Below, one piece after another: positions 54,477 through 60,809 of a DNA stretch of 64,000 nt. The position numbers were made by a program, and so were the translations under genes. Origin of the DNA: an uncultured Clostridia bacterium (GTDB taxonomy: Bacteria; Bacillota; Clostridia; Oscillospirales; CAG-272); the NCBI GenBank assembly GCA_946407735.1, contig CAMJPL010000001.1, forward strand, positions 88,182-152,181. The letters are read 5' to 3'. The notes beneath the pieces were generated by a model. It searched no databases. It was not told where the DNA came from and saw only the letters and a program-made list of their open reading frames with translations. Numbering within the stretch: the stretch's first letter is position 1; every line of letters begins with the position of its first letter.

Positions 54477-54495
54477 TTGTAGTTATGTTCGATTG

Positions 54496-54939
54496 TTATT
54501 CCGCTTTGGAGTTCTGTATTCCTTCTCTGAGTTCCGCTGACGTTTCGATCAAGAAATCATATAGCTTACTCGCCGTTGCGAAATCGGAGAGCCTTAACAG
54601 CTTCATAAGCTGAACGGTGTCGATCTGGTAATCGTCTTCCTTTGATATTTCCCTGATTATGTTTTCTTCTCCTAAGGCGTTCACGGCGTCCTCATAGTCG
54701 ATATAGAGCGCGTAGCATATCTCTTGCAGATTATAGAATACTTCGAGCTTTTCTAAATCGGCATGTTGCATAGAGCCTATGATTACAGCAAGCAGGGAGT
54801 TCATGTCGCTGTCTATCCGCTGGTATTCCTCATCATCGGAATCGCAGGGAGAGACGCTGAATATCGGGTGTTCACCGCTGTCGTCTATGCCGAGAAGGTT
54901 ATAATCCTTTCCGTCAACGTGTACTTTCGTGTCTTTCAT
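54496..54939 (-). CDS. hypothetical acidic protein (element cargo)
   Basis: 147-aa ORF, the only long ORF in this AT-rich stretch, followed by a terminator. Asp/Glu-rich (DDSGE, DSDDEEYQRIDSD, EDDYQ). I recognise no family. Confidence 0.6.
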   Translation of the reverse strand: MKDTKVHVDGKDYNLLGIDDSGEHPIFSVSPCDSDDEEYQRIDSDMNSLLAVIIGSMQHADLEKLEVFYNLQEICYALYIDYEDAVNALGEENIIREISKEDDYQIDTVQLMKLLRLSDFATASKLYDFLIETSAELREGIQNSKAE

Positions 54940-55085
54940 TATCGCACCTCATAAAGATAAATAAGCTATGCCGATAGCTGTTGATAATCTCTGTGAAGTG
55001 AAATAAATTCAAAAAACAATACTAACGGATTTTCGAGCGCAGTGATTATGAAATTATATTAGATATATTGTTTCTAAATTGTTTC

Positions 55086-55128
55086 TCCTAAATCTTGCGC
55101 GTCTGCCAATTCCGCCATACCCGCGTAT
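55086..55128. repeat. att direct repeat (orphan 5' half of tRNA-Leu)
   Basis: Identical to 50173-50215. It is followed on the minus-strand upstream side by a consensus promoter. Confidence 0.95.
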
Positions 55129-55163
55129 GAATTTATCCCATGCCGCCGTATGCGGCGATGATT

Positions 55164-55192
55164 ATTATAACATATTTTCTTTCAGATGTCAA
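55164..55192 (-). promoter_or_regulatory. consensus sigma-70 promoter, the presumed native tRNA-Leu promoter, now driving only the orphan 5' half
   Basis: Minus strand: TTGACA (55192-55187), 17 nt, TATAAT (55169-55164). About 35-40 nt upstream of tRNA position 1 at 55124. Confidence 0.65.
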
Positions 55193-55231
55193 GATATGAT
55201 GTGTTTCCGCTTGAAAATCGCCGGAGGCATA

Positions 55232-55260
55232 TTGACAAACGCACGGTGGAGGTATATAAT
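55232..55260 (+). promoter_or_regulatory. consensus sigma-70 promoter of the kinase-GNAT gene
   Basis: TTGACA (55232-55237), 17 nt, TATAAT (55255-55260). Confidence 0.65.
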
Positions 55261-55311
55261 GAAAGCGGCGCGATATCAGGGGCGCCTGCACAAAACCGGG
55301 AGGATTACGAC

Positions 55312-55380
55312 ATGATGATGTTCATGAAGCTGAGGAATATCTGACGGCATGAGGCTTTATCAGCAGTCTCATGCCATGAG
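55312..55380 (+). promoter_or_regulatory. 10-codon leader ORF (MMMFMKLRNI) plus alternative hairpins (candidate attenuator)
   Basis: GGGAGGA RBS at 55298-55304 and ATG at 55312, stop at 55342-55344. GGCATGAG (55346-55353) pairs with CTCATGCC (55368-55375), which can alternatively pair with CATGAG (55375-55380). Confidence 0.45.
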
Positions 55381-55423
55381 CCGTGATATAACCAAGACTG
55401 CGTGATAAAAGAGGACATGACGA

Positions 55424-56521
55424 ATGATATTTCAGGATAATATCTTAAAGCGGTATCTGGAGAACGTATACTTTGTCGCCGGTACGGCGTGCGGCGGAAA
55501 GACGACCGTTTCACGGGCGCTCGGAGAACGCTACGGCATCCCGGTCTTCAGCGCCGATGAGATGTTCGGCAGACACCGGGAGATGTCGGACGCAGCGTTT
55601 CAGCCGAACATGAACAAGGCCTTCGCCGACGCCGACGAATTTTTCGGACGCACCTCCGGCGAGTATGAAAGCTGGCTCGACGGCTGCTCGGATGAGCAGC
55701 TCGGCTTCGTTCTGCTTGATCTTGTGAGGCTGTCCGGCGGCGGCAGGATGATATGCGACTGTAATCTTACGCCTTCTGCAGCCGCGATGATCACCGAGCC
55801 TTCGAGGACGGTCTTCCTTATAAGAGAGCCGTCCGGCGTCGAGCGCGAATATGCCGCCCGTCCCGACCATGAGGATTTCGGAAGATGGCTCGAAAGCGCC
55901 TCGGACCCGGACGCGGCCGCCGCCGTCTTCGGCGAAACGATCCGCAGGGTAAACGGAAAACTGTATGACGCCGTCAAAAGCAGCGGATGGTTCTTTATCG
56001 ACCGCGGCGAGGGATTGTCGGTCGGCGGGACGGTCGCGAGAGCGGCCGCGCATTTCGGCTTTTCCGGGCGAAAGGACGTCGCGGTGGAAAAGGTCGAAAA
56101 AGGCTCCACACTCGCCATTGAGCTTGTCAGCTTCATCGAGAACTGCTCATGGACCGAGGTGAAGGAGAATCTCGCGGGATTTCTGCGGGAATGGAGCTTT
56201 TCGGACGGCGAAGCTGTGTTCGCGGCGGTCTCGGACGGAAAGATCGTCGGAATGGCCGCGCTGAAGGAAACCGATTATTACCCTTTGCCGGATATCTTCC
56301 CGTGGGTCACCTGCCTGTTCGTGACCGAGGAATACCGCGGGCGCGGGATATGCGGCGAGCTTATCTCGCGCGCCAACTCATACGCGAAAACGCTCGGATA
56401 TGACAGAACATATATACCGTCGCCGCATCTCGGGCTGTACGAGCGGTACGGCTACAGATATGTGAGGGATATCGTGAATTACGGCGGAGAGACCGACCAT
56501 CTGTTCGTAAAGGAAATATAA
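55424..56521 (+). CDS. P-loop kinase/NTPase-like domain fused to a GNAT N-acetyltransferase domain
   Basis: N-terminal Walker A VAGTACGGKTTV. C-terminal GNAT motif A region (FVTEEYRGRGICGELISRANSYAKTLGY). AAAGAGGA RBS. Confidence 0.75.
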   Translation: MIFQDNILKRYLENVYFVAGTACGGKTTVSRALGERYGIPVFSADEMFGRHREMSDAAFQPNMNKAFADADEFFGRTSGEYESWLDGCSDEQLGFVLLDLVRLSGGGRMICDCNLTPSAAAMITEPSRTVFLIREPSGVEREYAARPDHEDFGRWLESASDPDAAAAVFGETIRRVNGKLYDAVKSSGWFFIDRGEGLSVGGTVARAAAHFGFSGRKDVAVEKVEKGSTLAIELVSFIENCSWTEVKENLAGFLREWSFSDGEAVFAAVSDGKIVGMAALKETDYYPLPDIFPWVTCLFVTEEYRGRGICGELISRANSYAKTLGYDRTYIPSPHLGLYERYGYRYVRDIVNYGGETDHLFVKEI

Positions 56522-56548
56522 TCGCTTTATCTGCTCCGGTGGCATATC

Positions 56549-56590
56549 AGCGCGGCGCCGTTTTACCGTGAAACGGCGCCGCGCTTTTTG
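56549..56590 (+). terminator. rho-independent terminator
   Basis: AGCGCGGCGCCGTTT ... AAACGGCGCCGCGCT followed by TTTTG. Confidence 0.85.
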
Positions 56591-56647
56591 TTCGGCTCCG
56601 GGAATCGCGGTTCACTGCCGCTTAAACGGTATTTCAGAACAGCTGTC

Positions 56648-56676
56648 TTGACCATCCGCTTCGGTTATGGTATAAT
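56648..56676 (+). promoter_or_regulatory. sigma-70-type promoter of the XRE-TPR regulator gene
   Basis: TTGACC (56648-56653), 17 nt, TATAAT (56671-56676), with TGG before the -10. Confidence 0.5.
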
Positions 56677-56717
56677 GAAACCACGCAGAAAAACAGCGGT
56701 GTTCCGGGAGGATGCAT

Positions 56718-57812
56718 ATGGATATCGGATCGGTGATCAGGGCAAAAAGGCGTCAGAAGGATCTGACACAGGAGCAGCTTGCCGAATATCTGAATGTTTC
56801 GGTTTCGTCGGTTTCTCAGTGGGAGAACGGCAAAACGGCCCCCGACCTGGCTATGCTCGAGCCGATAGCCGAATTTTTCGGTATTTCTCTCGATGAGCTT
56901 TTCGGAAGACAGCCGGACGAGAAGGAAAAAGCGCTCGCTGAATATGATGAGAGGGGCGGACGCCTTGCCGCCGCCGGCGATACAGACGGCGAGATCGATC
57001 TCTGGCGGGAAGCTTTGCGCCGATTCCCCGGCGACTTCGGCTGCATGGAAAACCTTGCCACTTCACTGTTTCTGCGCATCTGCGCCGATCATGACGCCGA
57101 AGGCGTCGAAGAAATGGCGAAAGAGTGCGCGTCGATGTGCGAAAGGATACTGAGGGACTGCACCGACAGCGTGATTCGAGGCGGCGCGGTGCAGACGCTC
57201 GTGCTGCTCTATTCCTCGAGTTTTCTCTCGATCGCGAATGAGGAAAAGGCGATCGGATATGCCTGCATGGCAGTGTCGGCGTGGCAGTGCAGAGAATCTC
57301 TTCTCGAAAGCGCGTACTTTACCGAAGAAAGCCGGGACAAACGGCTGAATATCATGCACGCCAACCGCCTTTATTACATGGACCGGCTGGCTGCGAGCCT
57401 TATATATGGCTGCGACATCCGGGACGGCGAGCGTCTTTCCGCGCTGGAAACCGCGCTGAGGATATATGAGCTTATAATCTGCGACGGCAATTATCTGTTC
57501 TATCACTGCAGGATTGCGGACATCTTCTCATACATCGCCATGATGCACGCCGGGAGGCAGAGAGTCGGCGAGACTCTGGAAGCGGTTAAAAAGGCTCTGT
57601 ACCACGCCCGCGCTTACGATACGCTTCCGGCTGAGGAGCAGCGGTACACGAGCGTTTTCCTTCGCTGCGCGTCCTCCGACCCTTCACGGTGTTCAAAGAA
57701 TTATACCGAGACTCATACAAAGGTCGTTATGGATCGGTTCAAAAACCATGAATTTGACTTCATCCGGGAGAACCGGGAATTTCTTGACGCTGTCTCCGCT
57801 TATGAAGCGTGA
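56718..57812 (+). CDS. XRE-family HTH regulator with a long helical (TPR-like) C-terminal domain
   Basis: IRAKRRQKDLTQEQLAEYLNVSVSSVSQWENGKTAPDLAMLEPIAEFFGISLDELFG is an HTH_3 domain, followed by ~300 aa of helical repeat-like sequence. GGGAGG RBS favours the ATG at 56718 over 56712. Confidence 0.8.
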   Translation: MDIGSVIRAKRRQKDLTQEQLAEYLNVSVSSVSQWENGKTAPDLAMLEPIAEFFGISLDELFGRQPDEKEKALAEYDERGGRLAAAGDTDGEIDLWREALRRFPGDFGCMENLATSLFLRICADHDAEGVEEMAKECASMCERILRDCTDSVIRGGAVQTLVLLYSSSFLSIANEEKAIGYACMAVSAWQCRESLLESAYFTEESRDKRLNIMHANRLYYMDRLAASLIYGCDIRDGERLSALETALRIYELIICDGNYLFYHCRIADIFSYIAMMHAGRQRVGETLEAVKKALYHARAYDTLPAEEQRYTSVFLRCASSDPSRCSKNYTETHTKVVMDRFKNHEFDFIRENREFLDAVSAYEA

Positions 57813-57821
57813 CGGATAAAA

Positions 57822-57848
57822 GGCGCGGGGAGTCTTGCTCCCCGCGCC
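57822..57848. terminator. bidirectional hairpin terminator between convergent genes
   Basis: GGCGCGGGGAG-tcttg-CTCCCCGCGCC perfect 11-bp stem. Confidence 0.7.
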
Positions 57849-57871
57849 GTGTGTCTGTATTTCCTGTTTTC

Positions 57872-59893
57872 TCACATTTCTCTCGGCCCGACGTCGCTCA
57901 CGTCTATCGGAGCGAAGCCCATCTCCCAGGCGGGAGAGTCGCAGGCGAGGGTGAAGTCGCGGTTCTTCGGGTCGGCGAACTTCGGATCGGCGAGGATCGA
58001 ATCCTGCTCGAGACCGTGCGCCTGGAAGTCGGCGAGGCAAAGGTCCCTGTCCTCGTCGCCCTTGTGCATCATGACCGGAGCGGCGTTTTCGCCCCAGATC
58101 AGGTTGCGCCCGCAGGCGATGGTGCTTTCCTCGAAATGCCTGTCCTGAATGCCGTAGACCGGGCAGCCGTCGGTGTACATTATGTTCTGCTCGAATATGA
58201 TCGACAGATGCTGCTCGAAGCGGCTGACGCGGCAGAGCTGGCCGCCGGCGTAGGCGAATATGTTGTTGCGAACCGTGTTCATGCGGCCGTAGTGCTGATG
58301 ATAGCAGTTGTCGTTGCAGTCGTAGCAGATGTTGTTCTCGAGCGTCACATATCCGGAGCCCTCGTCGGTGTACAGCGCCCATCCGCCGTAATCGTGGCTC
58401 TTGATGCCGTGGATTATGTTGTTAGCGACGACGGTGCCGGGCTGAGCGCCGAGCAGGTAGACGCCGCCCATGTCTGACAGCACGCCCTGACCGAGGTCGT
58501 GGATGTGGTTCTTGAGTATCAGGTTGTCGCGGGTGATGCTCTTTGAGTAGCCCCATACCCAGCCGCAGGAGACGCCGGTGTAGAAAAGATCGCCGATGTC
58601 GTTGTGGGCGATGCGGTTGTTGTACGAGTTCATCACCAGCACGCCGCAGCCGGCCATATATACCCGGCCGCAGTGATTTATCACGCAGTCGCAGACGCCG
58701 TTGTCGTGGGTGACGTCGCCGCATTTCGCCGGATCGGCGTCTATCTCGGCGGCGGACGCGCCGTTGATCCTCACGCCTCCGGCGCCGCCGTCATAGAAGC
58801 GGTCGCGGGCTATCCTGATCTCGGAGCTGCCCTTTCCTATGTTCACGCCGTAGAGACCGTAATTCACTATCTCGCATTTGGCGACGGCGCAGTTGTCGGC
58901 GTACTCGAAGTTGATCGTTCCGGTGCAGTTGGAGACGGCCTGACCGTCGGAGGCGAATTTGCCGTTGTCCTCGCCGTGGACGCCGACGCCGGATACGTAG
59001 TTGGACGATGTATAGGCGATTTTGAGCCCGCGGATGCGGATGTTTCTGACGTGTTTGTCGGACGTTCCCTTGATGTTTACAAGCTCGCCGGTGCAGGGGA
59101 TGTGAGCCTCGATGTTATCGGCCGTCTCGCCATCGCGCGGGATGTAGTACAGCTTTCCGGCGGGTCTGTCGTAATACGCCTCGCCGGGATTATTAAAGGC
59201 CTCGGGGATGTTCTCGACGATGAAGCCGAAATTGGTCGTCAGATTGAAGCGGGAGGGGTACCTGAGAGTGATCCTGCCGCTTTCGGCGTCGTAGTCCTCG
59301 ACGGGCGAGTGCTCGTCGATCCAGTAGTGGTTGAACGATATCACGGCGTCCTTCATGTGCTCGGGCGAGATGCATGAGAGGGCGGCCGGGTCGCCGGACA
59401 GCCATTTTGACGGAGCGAAGAGAGCCGGGGCGGGATTCTCGAAGCCGGTCATTTTCAGCCGCTCCTCGCCCTCGGCGGGATAGCGGGTCTTTTTCGCTCT
59501 CTCGCCGCAGACATAGAGGTCGGTCACGACCGTGTCGCCGATCTCGGCGGAAAGGCAGGGAACGCCGTTGAATGTGTCAGCCTTGAAGCCGACGATCTTC
59601 TTTCCGCCGCTGATGACGGCCTTTTCGCAGGCGCTGTACGACTCGATGGTGATGTTGGTCACGTCGGGACCGATGGTCAGCGGCTTTGCGAATTCATACT
59701 CGCCGGGGAGCAGCCTGATCGTCACCGGCTGGTCGACGCCGCTGCGGCGAAGCTCGGCGACGGCGACAAGCGCCGATTCTATCGAAGCGAACGGACCGTC
59801 GCCGTTCGGCTTTGAAGTCGGGCTCTGACCCGTCATGTCGCGGGGGGCGTTTTTGTCTACGTAATAGGTGGAAACGGTGTTGTAAGGTCTCAT
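57872..59893 (-). CDS. right-handed parallel beta-helix repeat protein (putative glycan-active enzyme)
   Basis: 673 aa with repeated beta-helix turns (NNRIAHNDI, NLILKNHIHD, VVANNIIHGI, VTLENNICYD, VRNNIFAY). No signal peptide. Confidence 0.7.
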   Translation of the reverse strand: MRPYNTVSTYYVDKNAPRDMTGQSPTSKPNGDGPFASIESALVAVAELRRSGVDQPVTIRLLPGEYEFAKPLTIGPDVTNITIESYSACEKAVISGGKKIVGFKADTFNGVPCLSAEIGDTVVTDLYVCGERAKKTRYPAEGEERLKMTGFENPAPALFAPSKWLSGDPAALSCISPEHMKDAVISFNHYWIDEHSPVEDYDAESGRITLRYPSRFNLTTNFGFIVENIPEAFNNPGEAYYDRPAGKLYYIPRDGETADNIEAHIPCTGELVNIKGTSDKHVRNIRIRGLKIAYTSSNYVSGVGVHGEDNGKFASDGQAVSNCTGTINFEYADNCAVAKCEIVNYGLYGVNIGKGSSEIRIARDRFYDGGAGGVRINGASAAEIDADPAKCGDVTHDNGVCDCVINHCGRVYMAGCGVLVMNSYNNRIAHNDIGDLFYTGVSCGWVWGYSKSITRDNLILKNHIHDLGQGVLSDMGGVYLLGAQPGTVVANNIIHGIKSHDYGGWALYTDEGSGYVTLENNICYDCNDNCYHQHYGRMNTVRNNIFAYAGGQLCRVSRFEQHLSIIFEQNIMYTDGCPVYGIQDRHFEESTIACGRNLIWGENAAPVMMHKGDEDRDLCLADFQAHGLEQDSILADPKFADPKNRDFTLACDSPAWEMGFAPIDVSDVGPREM

Positions 59894-59951
59894 GGATGCT
59901 TACCTCCGTATGATTTATGTCGGTGTTTTGGCTGCCTTGCTATGCGCGCCG

Positions 59952-60356
59952 TCACTCTGCGAGGGAGAACCCGAACGAGCCTTCCTCGCATTTTTCTGAC
60001 GTCTCGATTATGATATATACGGTTTTGTTTTTCGGAAGATCGGCTGACGATCCGACATTTTCTCCGGCTTTTATCGAAAACAGCGGAGTCTTTCCGTCCC
60101 CGGAGTCATAATACACGTCGGCCGCGCCGGTCTGGAGGCTTCCCGTGTATGTCATCACGGGCGACCCGTCATTTCCGGTTTTCAGACGGAAGACCATCCT
60201 GCCCTCGAACTGCCAGAAGCTCATCGCGGCGTGATCCGACGTGTTCGAGTGCACGAAGGCGGACGCCCTGTATGACGAAACGTATCTGCCGCAGCCTGAG
60301 AGACAGAGACAGAATATCACGGCCGCGGCGATGAGCAGAACGGTTTTTCTTTTCAT
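59952..60356 (-). CDS. hypothetical lipoprotein
   Basis: Signal peptide with lipobox LCLSGCG. 134 aa. ATGA start/stop overlap with the upstream gene. Confidence 0.7.
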   Translation of the reverse strand: MKRKTVLLIAAAVIFCLCLSGCGRYVSSYRASAFVHSNTSDHAAMSFWQFEGRMVFRLKTGNDGSPVMTYTGSLQTGAADVYYDSGDGKTPLFSIKAGENVGSSADLPKNKTVYIIIETSEKCEEGSFGFSLAE

Positions 60357-60808
60357 GATCGGGTGTTCCCTCCGTTTTCGGCATCGGCGGACGTAAACTC
60401 GTCCGCCGTTATGACGCGGTAGCCCTCTTTTATCGCCATGGCGGCGAAAACGCCGTCGCCGTCTGTAAGGACGCCTGTGAAGCTGCCGTCGTATATCCGC
60501 CCCTTCCCGCAGCTCGGGCTGCGCGGCTGAAGGATGATGAGATCCGGCTTATTCCGGCGGACTGTCTCCATCGCCATTTCGGCTCCGATGGTGAATTCCT
60601 TCGTGACGTCGCGCCCGTCCTTCGTCATTACCCTGTCGGCTCTCCGTTCGGACGGCGTTCTCGGCGTCGGGAGGCCTCCGAGCGTCTCGGGGCAGAGCGG
60701 GATGAGCTCATTGTCTTCGGCGAGTCTGACGATTCGCTCGTCATAGTTGCTTTTTCCGTTGTACTTGCAGTTTTCCCCGAGAAGGCAGGCAGATACGGCG
60801 ATCTTCAT
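60353..60808 (-). CDS. DUF523 (TudS/YbbK-like) protein
   Basis: MKIAVSACLLGENCKYNG...LIPLCPE is the DUF523 Cys motif pattern. 151 aa. Confidence 0.8.
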   Translation of the reverse strand: MKIAVSACLLGENCKYNGKSNYDERIVRLAEDNELIPLCPETLGGLPTPRTPSERRADRVMTKDGRDVTKEFTIGAEMAMETVRRNKPDLIILQPRSPSCGKGRIYDGSFTGVLTDGDGVFAAMAIKEGYRVITADEFTSADAENGGNTRS

Positions 60809-60809
60809 T

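Larger units (their letters stand above)
50173..55128 (-). mobile_element. integrative (mobilizable-type) element in tRNA-Leu: integrase, excisionase-type HTH, Rep_1 initiator and acidic ORF, bounded by 43-bp direct repeats
   Basis: Exact 43-bp repeats at both ends. The interior is visibly much more AT-rich than both flanks. Its gene content is recombination/replication modules. Confidence 0.88.

Noticed and set aside
55261-55311. Possible riboswitch between the consensus promoter and the leader ORF.
   Set aside because: The segment is only ~50 nt with one weak GGCGC/GCGCC pairing. It matches no riboswitch consensus that I can recall (preQ1, guanidine, ZTP, fluoride, SAM). The leader-peptide model explains the region better.
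55079-55514. ORFs 55079-55315 (+, 78 aa) and 55305-55514 (-, 69 aa) around the att site and leader region.
   Set aside because: The first runs through the att repeat, the orphan tRNA half and two promoters. The second is antisense to the leader and the start of the kinase-GNAT gene. Neither has RBS or homology support.
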